The notes below the pieces were generated by a model, which saw only the letters and a program-made list of their open reading frames with translations, did not search any database and was not told the DNA's origin. A program made the translations under genes and the position numbers. Shown here piece by piece: positions 17,277 through 26,284 of a DNA stretch of 33,659 bases (positions are counted from its first letter, which is position 1; the number at the start of each line of letters is the position of its first letter). Source of the DNA: an uncultured Candidatus Bathyarchaeia archaeon (GTDB lineage: Archaea > Thermoproteota > Bathyarchaeia > EX4484-135 > B24-G1); NCBI GenBank assembly GCA_964555905.1, contig CAZKUI010000004.1, positions 1 to 33,659 of the forward strand, written 5' to 3'.

Positions 17277-17525
17277 ATGTTAGACCTTGAGTTGGTTGCC
17301 ATTATGGTGACGTTAATCGTTATTACTGTGGAGACGGCTATGCTGTTTAAGCTCGTGAGCCACATTAAAATGTTAGACAGGCACATGGAGATGTTGGAAG
17401 AACACACGGAGATGTTAGACAGACATTTAGAAGCCTTAGATAAGTGTTTTGATAGGTTAGATTTGCATACGAGGGAACTTGATGCGCACATCGAGACTTT
17501 ATGCAAGAAGTTCGGCTTAGACTAG
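17277..17525 (+). CDS. Small membrane-anchored coiled-coil protein with His-heptad repeats
   Basis: N-terminal TM segment followed by 7 heptads of the form H..ML(D/E); GAGGT SD. Confidence 0.75.
   Translation: MLDLELVAIMVTLIVITVETAMLFKLVSHIKMLDRHMEMLEEHTEMLDRHLEALDKCFDRLDLHTRELDAHIETLCKKFGLD
17361..17507 (+). repeat. Degenerate 21-bp coding tandem repeat (7 units)
   Basis: cacattaaaatgttagacagg / cacatggagatgttggaagaa / cacacggagatgttagacaga and further degenerate units. Confidence 0.7.
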
Positions 17526-17535
17526 CGAGCGCCTA

Positions 17536-18213
17536 CTATTTGTTGGTTAGTTCTGCCTTTAATATAGCGAGGTGCCCGCTATCCCCCATCCAGCGTTCCT
17601 TAACCTCTAGTATGCGGATTTTCCTCCTGTAGAGTGGGGCGTCCAAGACTAGGGTTTCATATTCGCCTCCCTCACCTATGGGGGACACCCCGAACTTCTC
17701 ATGCAGTTCCATCAGCTCCCCCACGGCATCCTCGTCTAGCCGTCTACCAAGCCACTCCCTACCCAAGCCGTAGGCGTAGACCCCCACAAATATGACCTCA
17801 AACTCGTTGTCTAGAAGTTCCCTTAGCACGCTTCTTGGCTCCCGTCCCCAGAGGGGTGATATGTGGGTTAACCCAAGCTCTTTGCATATTCCGTCTATGC
17901 GGCTCTTCTGGTATTGGGATGCCACGGCGCCTGAGACGACGGCGTCCACATCCAGCGACGCCAAAATCCGCTTCAGGTCACCCACCTCCACCTCCTTAAC
18001 GCCCGAAGTGGGGGCTTGAACGAGCGGGATTCCCAGCGCCTCCGAGATGAGGCGTGTTAGGTGTAGGTTTGGCGTGTGAAACATCCAACTGTCCGGGCGT
18101 TCAGGGAGCATAACGACTAGCTGGGAGACCTCATGCCCCATCCAGACCGCGTGATGCAACGCCAGCATGGAGTCCTTGCCGCCTGAGATTAGAGCCGCAA
18201 CCCGCAACCCCAT
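17536..18213 (-). CDS. Diphthine--ammonia ligase (Dph6/MJ0570 family, PP-loop)
   Basis: SGGKDS, SWMFH, GAVASQYQK, PLW, GEGGEYETLVLDAP. Start probably ATG 18213. Confidence 0.9.
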   Translation of the reverse strand: MGLRVAALISGGKDSMLALHHAVWMGHEVSQLVVMLPERPDSWMFHTPNLHLTRLISEALGIPLVQAPTSGVKEVEVGDLKRILASLDVDAVVSGAVASQYQKSRIDGICKELGLTHISPLWGREPRSVLRELLDNEFEVIFVGVYAYGLGREWLGRRLDEDAVGELMELHEKFGVSPIGEGGEYETLVLDAPLYRRKIRILEVKERWMGDSGHLAILKAELTNK

Positions 18214-18275
18214 CAACCTTGAGGACTCCTCCGCGCTATCCATGAAGGCTTAAAGCGTTCTGGCGTAAATTAAGC

Positions 18276-18539
18276 GTGGTGTTGCGGTTGCTGTTCCTCA
18301 GCCTGCTGAAGGCTTACGGGAGGGGAGACCACACTGGGTTGTTAAAGAGGATATGGGAGGTTCAACCGCCCTCGGACGTGAAGGTCATCCAAGTCTACTA
18401 CCTGATAGGTTCGTATGATGGGGCGGTAATATTCGACGCACCAGATTTCAGGGCTGCGAAGGCGTTCCTCACCCGCATCGCCGCTCAGGGCGTCTATAGG
18501 ATAGAGACGATGGGCGCCATACCAGCCGAGGAGCTTTAG
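18276..18539 (+). CDS. GYD-domain (ferredoxin-like) small protein
   Basis: YYLIGSYDGAVIFDAPD...IETMGAIPAEE. Confidence 0.75.
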   Translation: MVLRLLFLSLLKAYGRGDHTGLLKRIWEVQPPSDVKVIQVYYLIGSYDGAVIFDAPDFRAAKAFLTRIAAQGVYRIETMGAIPAEEL

Positions 18540-18557
18540 GCATTGATTCAGGGCAGG

Positions 18558-18565
18558 TTTAAATG
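18558..18565 (+). promoter_or_regulatory. TATA box of the C/D sRNA
   Basis: TTTAAATG lies about 24 nt upstream of box C. Confidence 0.6.
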
Positions 18566-18584
18566 GGACGTAGACGCCATCATA

Positions 18585-18654
18585 CTCGGTGATGATAAGG
18601 GAGTCTACGGAGCCCTCTGGGCTGTGAAGTGAACCGACGGGCGGGCTGATGGAG
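18585..18654 (+). ncRNA. Box C/D 2'-O-methylation guide sRNA (predicted targets 23S C1920 and 16S C1402, E. coli numbering)
   Basis: C box GTGATGA 18589-18595, D' CGGA 18608-18611, GCCC/GGGC stem, C' GTGAAGT 18624-18630, D CTGA 18646-18649. Guides TAAGGGAGTC and CGACGGGCGG are antisense to conserved rRNA motifs recalled from memory. Confidence 0.8.
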
Positions 18655-18742
18655 AATAAACCCGCCCCCACAAAACGTAAGATGGTGTTTGCACCTCCCC
18701 CTAAACCCTTTTAATACAGGACTCCACTCTAGTTTAAATGAT

Positions 18743-19747
18743 ATGAGAAGGCGCCGAGGGTTTTTACTGACGTTCCTGCTCCTAACTGCGTATTTAACGA
18801 GTTCTATCCCTATGGCTATGGGCGACAGCGGGGAGATTGTTGTTAGCTTTGAGGCAGCCCTCCAAGGCATAGAGTGGTCTGACGGGAATATGCGTGTCTC
18901 CCTTTGGGTTGAGGAGGTCATGGGGTCTTATAGGTTGTGGTTTAAGGTCTATGCCTTTAAGAATCTGGAGGCGGTCACGATCAGACTATTAAACTGCAGT
19001 GGGCAACCTCCAGCGGGCGTCGCGAGGAACCCGTATAGGACGGGGAGGATTGCCCAGAACTCCGTGGATGTGAAGTTCTGGTTTCCCCTCTCTAAGAGCG
19101 AGTTTCCCGTCGTCGTGCAGATAGAGTACCGCGTTTCGTGGGTTTCTTTCCTCGGTCCGTTCACCGTCTACGCAACCTTGATACTCGGCGCCTTCTCAGC
19201 GTTCTACCAAGGTGCCAAAAAGTATGGGGAGAGGGTGATTAAGGGGGTGGCACCCCTAATCGCCCCCCTCTACTTCATGATAATGGGTGAGGAGGTCCTC
19301 GAGCACCCCACGAGAAAGGACATCTACTGGCTGATCGAGAAGGAGCGCGTCTGCACAGCCTCCGACATACGCGACCTACTAGGCATATCCATGACCGCGG
19401 CGTCTTGGCACCTATGGATGCTGGAGTCACGCGGCTTCATCCAATCAACTAGGGTTGTAGGCCGCATAGTCTACCACTCCCCGAAGATTAGCGGGGATGC
19501 CGCTGCATCCCTATACCTCCTCAGGAGCCCCACTAGGAGGAAGCTGGTGAAATATCTACTCCAGAACGGCCCCGCGCACATCCGTGGCATAGCTAGGGCC
19601 CTCTCCCTCTCCACGGAGACGGTGAAGAGGAACGCGGACATACTCATGAGGTATGGGGTGCTTGAGGAGCGGAGGATGCAGGACCAACGCCTCCTACTAG
19701 TGAACAAGGAATTTGTAGATAGGCTGATGCGGCTTGGGGAGGCATAA
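18743..19747 (+). CDS. Membrane-anchored transcriptional regulator with two ArsR-like wHTH domains
   Basis: Signal-like N-terminus, beta-rich domain, TM segment, then VLEHPTRKDIY...ASWHLWMLE and LRSPTRRKLV...IARALSLSTETV. Start probably ATG 18743. Confidence 0.75.
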   Translation: MRRRRGFLLTFLLLTAYLTSSIPMAMGDSGEIVVSFEAALQGIEWSDGNMRVSLWVEEVMGSYRLWFKVYAFKNLEAVTIRLLNCSGQPPAGVARNPYRTGRIAQNSVDVKFWFPLSKSEFPVVVQIEYRVSWVSFLGPFTVYATLILGAFSAFYQGAKKYGERVIKGVAPLIAPLYFMIMGEEVLEHPTRKDIYWLIEKERVCTASDIRDLLGISMTAASWHLWMLESRGFIQSTRVVGRIVYHSPKISGDAAASLYLLRSPTRRKLVKYLLQNGPAHIRGIARALSLSTETVKRNADILMRYGVLEERRMQDQRLLLVNKEFVDRLMRLGEA

Positions 19748-19790
19748 TACTTTTTAGCGTCCTCCAGCCCTATCTTAGGGGTGGGATTTA

Positions 19791-20795
19791 TTGCCCTGCA
19801 CCGTCGTTGTTTGCGGGTTTTTCGGCGACACAGGTAAGGGAAAGGTGATTTCATACCTGGCCGTGAAGGATAAGCTCGACATCGCCGTTAGAGCTGGCGT
19901 CGGCCCAAACGCGGGCCACACGGTTGTATATGAGGGGAAGAGGTACGTTATGCGCATGCTCCCGAGCGCCTTCGTCTACGAGAAGTGCCGCCTCCTCGTC
20001 GGCCCCGGGGTTCTGGTAGACCCGGAGGTCTTCCTAGCCGAGGTGGAGCGTGTAGACGGTGAGGGGAGGGTGGGCGTAGACCCCCACTGCGCGATCATAG
20101 AGCCGAAGCACAAGGAGGCGGACCGCAAAGGCCACCTCGCCCAGAAGGTGAAGACCACGGGCACGGGCTGCGGACCGGCGAACGCGGATAGAGCCCTAAG
20201 AATAGCGAAACTGGCTAGAGATATCCCGGAGCTCCAGAAGTACCTAACAGACGTTCCCCTAGAGGTGAATAATGCACTCAACGAGGGGAGGAAGGTTCTC
20301 ATAGAGGGCTCCCAAGGAACCTACCTCTCCCTCTACCATGGAACCTACCCATACGTCACATCGAAGGATGTAACCGCCTCGGCCGCGTGCTCCGACGTAG
20401 GCGTCGGCCCAACTAGGGTGGACGATGTGATCGTGGTGTTTAAGGCGTACGTGACGCGTGTTGGGGGTGGACCCCTACCTAACGAGCTCACCTGGGAGGA
20501 GGCTGAGAAGCGGGGCTGGGCTGAAACGGCCTCGGTGACGGGCAGGCGTAGACGGTCAGCCCCGTTCAACTTCGACCTCGCCAGAAGGGCGGTCATGCTG
20601 AACGGCGCCACGCAGGCGGCCATCACGAAGATGGACGTGCTATACCCGGAGTGCGCTGGGGCGAGGTCTTACGACGAGCTCCCAAGGGGGGCGAGGGAGT
20701 TCGTGGAGAGGGTTGAGAGGGAGATTGGAATCCCGGTAACTCTCATCGGAACTGGGCCCGGAGTCTGGGACATGGTGGACAGGCGGGAAAGCTAA
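19791..20795 (+). CDS. purA: Adenylosuccinate synthetase (short archaeal type)
   Basis: GFFGDTGKGK, GPNAGHT, EGSQG, GTYPYVTS, TRVGGGP, VTGRRRR, TKMD, GTGP. Confidence 0.96.
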   Translation: MPCTVVVCGFFGDTGKGKVISYLAVKDKLDIAVRAGVGPNAGHTVVYEGKRYVMRMLPSAFVYEKCRLLVGPGVLVDPEVFLAEVERVDGEGRVGVDPHCAIIEPKHKEADRKGHLAQKVKTTGTGCGPANADRALRIAKLARDIPELQKYLTDVPLEVNNALNEGRKVLIEGSQGTYLSLYHGTYPYVTSKDVTASAACSDVGVGPTRVDDVIVVFKAYVTRVGGGPLPNELTWEEAEKRGWAETASVTGRRRRSAPFNFDLARRAVMLNGATQAAITKMDVLYPECAGARSYDELPRGAREFVERVEREIGIPVTLIGTGPGVWDMVDRRES

Positions 20796-20830
20796 TCTAG
20801 TTTTTCGTCCACCCTTGTTCGGGGCGGGGG

Positions 20831-21985
20831 ATGCGCCGTAGGAAGGGGGGGCGTAGACGCCTACAACTGCTCTTCGTCGCCGTAGTCTTAACTCTAGCCC
20901 TAGCATTTGAACTAAATAAGGTTCTGGCGCCGGGACCCACAGCCCTAGAGATAGTCATGGTCTACGGCTCGGAGAAGCAGAGGTGGGTTGAGGAGGTCGT
21001 ACCCCTCTTCGAGGAGTGGTGGATGGAGACTCATGGAACCCCGGTGAGGGTGAAGGGCATACCGATGGGCTCCGGGGAGTCGATGAACCAAATCATGCAC
21101 ATGCAACTGCTCCCCACGGTCTGGAGTCCAGCGTCCAGCGTCTGGATACCCCTCGCCAACTACCTCTGGGAGGAAATACACCCAAAATACGCCGAGAAGT
21201 ATGGTCAACTTGTTGAGGATTGGCAACCCCTAGTCTACTCCCCAATCGTCATAATCACTTGGGAGGAGTTCCAGAAGAGATATAACATCACGGGTTTCGG
21301 CACCCTCCACCAACTGGCGGTATCCGAGGAGCGGAATACACTAAAATTCGCCCACACGGACCCACGCCTCTCAAACTCCGGATTCATGTCGCTAATCTTA
21401 GAGGTGGCGGTGGCGGCGGGGAAGGAGCCGAGCGAGCTCACCATAGAAGACCTAACCCGAGACGAAGTTAGGAGTTGGCTCAGCGAGTTAGAGGCGAGGG
21501 CGGTCTTCTACGGGAGGAGCACGGGATTCCTAGTGAAGCAGGCTGTTCTCGCCGGACCAAACGGGATGAACGCCATCCTAGCCTATGAAAGCCTAGTACT
21601 GGACGAGAACATCGCAGGGGAGCCGCAGGCGCGTTGGGGGCAGAAGCTGGTCGCCGTCTATCCGGAGGAGGGGACCCTCCTCAGCGACCACCCATACTGC
21701 ATACTAAACGCCCCGTGGGTGAAGCCGGAGCAGAGGGAAGCCGCCGAGGAACTACTCCAATTCCTACTCAGGGCGGATGTACAAGCTAAGGCGGTGAAGC
21801 ACGGCTTCAGACCCGTGGTGGAGGGGGTCGCCCTAGACGAAACTATATTCTGCGGGGATTACGGGGTAGAGGCGAACCTCACCTGCCCGATACTCAACCC
21901 GGAGGTACCCGGTGAGGTGCTTTGGAGGATCACCGACCTCTGGATGGTGACTAGGACTCACGGTGGTGGGGGATGGGTGGGCTGA
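20831..21985 (+). CDS. ABC transporter substrate-binding protein (type usually associated with vWA domains)
   Basis: Basic N-terminus plus TM anchor; YGSEK, WSPASS, SPIVI, HTDPRLSNSG, YESLV, YPEEGT...DHP. Confidence 0.8.
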   Translation: MRRRKGGRRRLQLLFVAVVLTLALAFELNKVLAPGPTALEIVMVYGSEKQRWVEEVVPLFEEWWMETHGTPVRVKGIPMGSGESMNQIMHMQLLPTVWSPASSVWIPLANYLWEEIHPKYAEKYGQLVEDWQPLVYSPIVIITWEEFQKRYNITGFGTLHQLAVSEERNTLKFAHTDPRLSNSGFMSLILEVAVAAGKEPSELTIEDLTRDEVRSWLSELEARAVFYGRSTGFLVKQAVLAGPNGMNAILAYESLVLDENIAGEPQARWGQKLVAVYPEEGTLLSDHPYCILNAPWVKPEQREAAEELLQFLLRADVQAKAVKHGFRPVVEGVALDETIFCGDYGVEANLTCPILNPEVPGEVLWRITDLWMVTRTHGGGGWVG

Positions 21986-23658
21986 TTAGGAGGGTTGAGC
22001 GGGTTCTCTCCACACGCACATGCAGGATTGTTGGGGATGCGCTCACGCTGGCGCTCTTCTCCCTCGTGGTCCTCATCCCGTCCATGTCCGTATTCACGTA
22101 CATCCTCACGGAGTGGGGTAATGTCTACGAGGTGGTGTTCCACGACCCGATATCAGGGAGCGCCTACTGGGGCTCCATGAAGAGGGCGATGCTCCTATCA
22201 TTTCAGATCGCATCCCTAGCCGCGGCCATAGATGTGGCCATAGGCTTACCCATGGCGGTGATTCTCGCTAGGTATGACTTCCGTGGTAAGAGGCTCGTGG
22301 ACGCCTTGGTGGACCTCCCACTGGCGGTTCCGTCGTCAGCCCTCGGATTCTCCATATTCCTCTTCTGGGCGACGGGGGAGGGAATCTCAGGCCTCCTCGG
22401 AATGCGCAGCGGGTTCATCCCTCGGGGTCCACTCCTCATACTCCTAGCGCACGTGGCGTTCACCTACTCCTACGTCGTTCGCTCCCTGACGAGCGTCATA
22501 GAGGGAGTGGACGTATCCTACGAGCACGCTGGGAGAACCCTTGGGGCGTCGCCGTTCACGGTTTTTAGGACGATTACATCCCCGCTTGCGAAGTCGGGGC
22601 TCATCGCCGGAATAATCCTCTCCCTCGCTAGGAGCCTCGGGGAGACCGGCGCCACCATAATCGTGGCTGGCGTATACGAAACCGCCCCGCTGGCGGTGGT
22701 CTCGCTCCATAACCGCCTACTCATACCACCAGCCGCGTTCCTCAGCGCCGTCCTAGTCTCAATCTCCATCCTACTACTGCTCTTCGTGAGGTTCTTCAGC
22801 GCGAAAGTCGGCATACCAATAAGGAAGGTTTGGCCCGGACCTGAGAGGCTCCTTAGTGGACCCGTACCCAGAAGGCTTAGGGACGTGTTCACCTTCTCAT
22901 CATTCGCCTTGGTGGTGTTAGCCCCCTCGTGCTTTACCATCCCCTACGTTGCCACTTGGTGGGGTGGGAGCCCGTACACGGGGAGGTACGAGTCTGGGGT
23001 CTACTACCAAGTTTTCCTCGCCCCGGATAGGAAGTGGGCTTCCCTCCTGTCAAGCCTAGCCGCGTCCATTGAGGTGGCGTCCCTCGCCACCGCGGTGGAT
23101 TTGCTCCTAGGCTTGCCCATGGCGGTGCTTATCGTTCGGAGGAGGTGGGGGCGCTTAAACGAGCTCCTAAACACCCTCGTAGACATTCCCCTCGTGATAC
23201 CGACATCCGCCCTCGGGTTCTCCGTCTACCTATTCTGGGGGCTGAAGGGCGTAGGGGTTCTCCCTCCGGGGTTCTGGCTGCTCACCCTCACGCACATCGC
23301 CTTGGCGTACCCATACGCCGTTAGGAGCCTCGTCGCCGTCCTGGAGAGCGTAGACCCGTCCCTGGAGGAGGCGGCTAGGACGCTCGGGGCCCCACCGTTC
23401 ACGGCGTTCAGGACTGTTACGCTCCCCCTGATAAAGCCCGGGCTCCTATCCGCAGCCATCCTATCATTCACGAGGAGCCTCGGGGAGACCGGCGCCACCA
23501 TAGTTGTGATGGGGAGGGTGAGAACCATACCCGTCCTGATAGTCCAGTGGGCTGAATCCATGGCGCTGCCAGCCGCCGCATTCGCATGCGTCATACTCAT
23601 CCTCATATCATACCTGTTGCTCCTCTCCCTCAGGTACATAGTTAGGGGTGCCGTGTGA
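21973..23658 (+). CDS. ABC transporter permease, two fused TM domains (ModB/CysT/FbpB-like)
   Basis: Duplicated D(L/I)PL..P.SALGFS, EAA-like motifs (EHAGRTLGA, EEAARTLGA), and RSLGETGAT twice. Confidence 0.92.
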   Translation: MGGLIRRVERVLSTRTCRIVGDALTLALFSLVVLIPSMSVFTYILTEWGNVYEVVFHDPISGSAYWGSMKRAMLLSFQIASLAAAIDVAIGLPMAVILARYDFRGKRLVDALVDLPLAVPSSALGFSIFLFWATGEGISGLLGMRSGFIPRGPLLILLAHVAFTYSYVVRSLTSVIEGVDVSYEHAGRTLGASPFTVFRTITSPLAKSGLIAGIILSLARSLGETGATIIVAGVYETAPLAVVSLHNRLLIPPAAFLSAVLVSISILLLLFVRFFSAKVGIPIRKVWPGPERLLSGPVPRRLRDVFTFSSFALVVLAPSCFTIPYVATWWGGSPYTGRYESGVYYQVFLAPDRKWASLLSSLAASIEVASLATAVDLLLGLPMAVLIVRRRWGRLNELLNTLVDIPLVIPTSALGFSVYLFWGLKGVGVLPPGFWLLTLTHIALAYPYAVRSLVAVLESVDPSLEEAARTLGAPPFTAFRTVTLPLIKPGLLSAAILSFTRSLGETGATIVVMGRVRTIPVLIVQWAESMALPAAAFACVILILISYLLLLSLRYIVRGAV

Positions 23659-23659
23659 A

Positions 23660-24769
23660 ATGCCGGAAGTCCGCTTGGTGAATGTGACAAAGACCTTTGA
23701 CGGCGGTCGGATAGTCGCGGTAGACCACGTAAACCTCCACGTTCACGACGGAGAATACCTGACTCTGCTTGGGCCCAGCGGGTGCGGGAAAACCACCACC
23801 CTGAGGATCATAGCTGGCTTGGTTAAACCCGACGAGGGTGAGGTGTATATCGGGGGGCGCCTCGTGAACGACGTTCCACCCGAGGATAGGGATGTGGGCT
23901 TCGTCTTCCAAACCTTCGCGCTCTTCCCCCACATGACCGTCTGGGAGAACGTCGTCTACGGGCCTAGGGTGAAGGGGTGGCCGGAAAGCGAGATGGAGAG
24001 GGTGGCCAGGGAGGCGCTGAAGATGGTTGGCCTCTACGAGAGGGCCGACGCCTACCCACACGAACTCAGCGGCGGCATGATGCAGCGCGTTGGGTTGGCC
24101 AGGGCGCTCGCCGCCGGAGCCAAGCTCCTACTCCTAGACGAACCCCTAAGCGCCCTAGACGCGAAAATCAGCTTCGAACTCCGCTACGAGCTGAGGAGGC
24201 TTGTGAAGGACCTCGGCCTCACGGCCATCCACGTGACGCACGACCAGGCCGAGGCGATGTCCATATCTGACCGGATCGCGGTGATGAGGAGGGGGCGGGT
24301 GTTGCAGGTGGGGACCCCGATGGAGTTGTACATGCACCCGAAGCACATATTCGTCGCGCACTTCCTCGGGGAGGCGAATTTCCTAGAGGGGTACGCGGAG
24401 AAGGTGGGTGACAAGAGCGTGGTTGTTCACCTCAGGGGCGGCTTAACGGTGAGGGTAGACGGGTGGAGCGCCGAGGAGGGGGAGCGGGTGGTCCTATCCG
24501 TGAGGCCTGAAGTGCTGGGGTTACGTGTTGGGGTTCACCGGGGCGAGAACGCCCTCGTGGGGCGTATAGAACGGGTGATGTTCGAGGGCGTAACAATCCG
24601 GTACGAAGTCAGGCTGGAGAACGAAGACTTGGTGGTGGTGACGAAGCCCACCATGCTCGGCGAGTTCCACAAGGAAGGAGAGGAGGTCACGGTGGATTTC
24701 CCGCCGGGGAGAGCCATAATTTTCCCGTATCCGAAGAGGGGATTGAGGGAGGAGCTCTCCCTAGAATGA
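23660..24769 (+). CDS. ABC transporter ATP-binding protein with TOBE domain
   Basis: GPSGCGKT, LSGGMMQR, LLLDEP, HVTHD. Start probably ATG 23660. Confidence 0.95.
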   Translation: MPEVRLVNVTKTFDGGRIVAVDHVNLHVHDGEYLTLLGPSGCGKTTTLRIIAGLVKPDEGEVYIGGRLVNDVPPEDRDVGFVFQTFALFPHMTVWENVVYGPRVKGWPESEMERVAREALKMVGLYERADAYPHELSGGMMQRVGLARALAAGAKLLLLDEPLSALDAKISFELRYELRRLVKDLGLTAIHVTHDQAEAMSISDRIAVMRRGRVLQVGTPMELYMHPKHIFVAHFLGEANFLEGYAEKVGDKSVVVHLRGGLTVRVDGWSAEEGERVVLSVRPEVLGLRVGVHRGENALVGRIERVMFEGVTIRYEVRLENEDLVVVTKPTMLGEFHKEGEEVTVDFPPGRAIIFPYPKRGLREELSLE

Positions 24770-24865
24770 CTTAGAGAGGCATCCCGGGGGATGGTTGTCC
24801 ATGCGTAAACTTTTTTCTGGGTGTGTGCGCATTCATTCTCTCGTGCACGTTTGGAGGAGCGCCTC

Positions 24866-25525
24866 TTGAGCGATTTAATCAGCTGGTTTAGGAGGAGGAG
24901 GGAGGATGTGGTTCTGAAGATGGTGCAGAGGCACCTAGCCCTAGCCATCAGCGCCGTTGAGGACCTAGACAGGGCGTTGAGGGCGGCCTCCGAGGGGAAT
25001 ACTGAGGATTTAAAGCGCTCCCTTAAGAGGGTGGATGAGGCTGAGATGGAGGCCGACACCATCCGGAGGAACCTCATGACGGAATTAGCCCGTGGGGAGC
25101 TAACCCCGGAGAGTAGGGAGGATCTCATGCACTTAGTGAAGAGGGTGGATATGGTGGCGGACTGGAGTAGGGAGGCTGGTAGGGTTCTCTCAGCTATACC
25201 CCCTATGAAGGTGCCTAGGAGCATGTGGAAGGCGTGCATAGAGATGAGTCAGGGTGTGGTGGAGTGCGCCCTCTCCCTCAGGAAGTGCATAAACCGCCTA
25301 ATTGAAAATCCCGAGGAGGCGCTACACGCCGCCGACGAGGTTGAGAGGTTGGAGGAGATGGTGGATGAACTCTACAAGAAGGCGCGTTGCACATTCGCCC
25401 AAGAGCGATTTGAGGAAATTTCGGTGGCTATACTATTTAGGGACCTCCTAGACGCCGTTGAGATGGTTGCAGATTGGTGCGAAAACTCCTGCGACCAAGC
25501 CAGAGTAATCGCCGTGTCAAGGTGA
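24866..25525 (+). CDS. DUF47/PhoU-like phosphate transport regulator
   Basis: E.EAD.IRR, REDL..LV..VD.VAD, E.LEE.VD, EMVADWCE. TTG 24866 follows a GGAGG SD. Confidence 0.88.
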   Translation: MSDLISWFRRRREDVVLKMVQRHLALAISAVEDLDRALRAASEGNTEDLKRSLKRVDEAEMEADTIRRNLMTELARGELTPESREDLMHLVKRVDMVADWSREAGRVLSAIPPMKVPRSMWKACIEMSQGVVECALSLRKCINRLIENPEEALHAADEVERLEEMVDELYKKARCTFAQERFEEISVAILFRDLLDAVEMVADWCENSCDQARVIAVSR

Positions 25526-25551
25526 AAAGGGGCGTAGATGGGGTGTAGACC

Positions 25552-25824
25552 TTGGAGGTGCTCGTGGAGGCTGGGGAACTCAACGACGCGCTGGATGACG
25601 GCGTGAAGACCCTGGCGGACTTTCTTGGAGACCGCCTCAAGGTGGAAGTGAGGGAATCAGCGGGAGCCTTAACCATGACGCTCCCAGACGACCTAGCGGG
25701 CGCTAGGCGTAGAATCCGCCTCCTCCTTAAGAAGTTCCTCCATAAGCAAGGATTAGACGAGTTCCGCGTCATCGCTGGAGCGGATGGCAGGTTCATCGTG
25801 AAAAGGCGTAAACCAAAGCCGTAA
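25552..25824 (+). CDS. Ribosomal protein eL22 (L22e)-like protein
   Basis: LADFLGDRLKV and IRLLLKKFLHKQGLDEFRVIA resemble the eL22 motifs FL..RIKV and KYLTKKYLKK..LRD.LRVVA. Confidence 0.7.
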   Translation: MEVLVEAGELNDALDDGVKTLADFLGDRLKVEVRESAGALTMTLPDDLAGARRRIRLLLKKFLHKQGLDEFRVIAGADGRFIVKRRKPKP

Positions 25825-25858
25825 CGGCGCAGCCTCCCTTTTTCAGGAGGAGAATCGG

Positions 25859-26284
25859 ATGCCGAGGGAGTATCCAAGCCAGCCCGTAGTGGCGGTGGCA
25901 GCCGTTATCGTAAAGGGTGGGAAGATGCTCCTGGTGAAGAGGGCGAACGAGCCAGCCCGGGGGAAGTGGAGCATACCCGGTGGTGTCGTTGAACTCGGGG
26001 AGAAGCTCAGAGACGCCCTCATCCGCGAGGTTCGGGAGGAGTGCGGAATAGACATCGAGGTGGACGGCCTCTTTGATGTGGTGGAGGTCATTAACAAGGA
26101 GGGGGGAAGAGTGCGCTTCCACTACGTTATACTAGATTACTTAGCGCACCCCACCGGGGGAGAATTGAGGGCTATGGGGGACGCGGAGGACGCAAAATGG
26201 ATACCCATAAGCGAGGTCGAGAAATACGACATAACCAACAGCCTACGTAGGCTGCTTAAGAGGCGCGCACACGAACTCCTCTAG
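25859..26284 (+). CDS. NUDIX hydrolase (ADP-ribose pyrophosphatase-like)
   Basis: Nudix box GGVVELGEKLRDALIREVREECG. Confidence 0.93.
   Translation: MPREYPSQPVVAVAAVIVKGGKMLLVKRANEPARGKWSIPGGVVELGEKLRDALIREVREECGIDIEVDGLFDVVEVINKEGGRVRFHYVILDYLAHPTGGELRAMGDAEDAKWIPISEVEKYDITNSLRRLLKRRAHELL

Noticed and set aside
17361-17507. Possible CRISPR-like array
   Set aside because: The units are contiguous, degenerate, in-frame 21-mers without spacers, so this is a coding heptad repeat.
18342-18921. Minus-strand ORFs 18342-18671 and 18580-18921
   Set aside because: They overlap better-supported plus-strand genes and the C/D sRNA, and have no protein motifs.
22630-23502. Exact 30-nt direct repeat (22630-22659 and 23473-23502)
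   Set aside because: It encodes RSLGETGATI in both halves of the internally duplicated permease and is not a mobile-element end.
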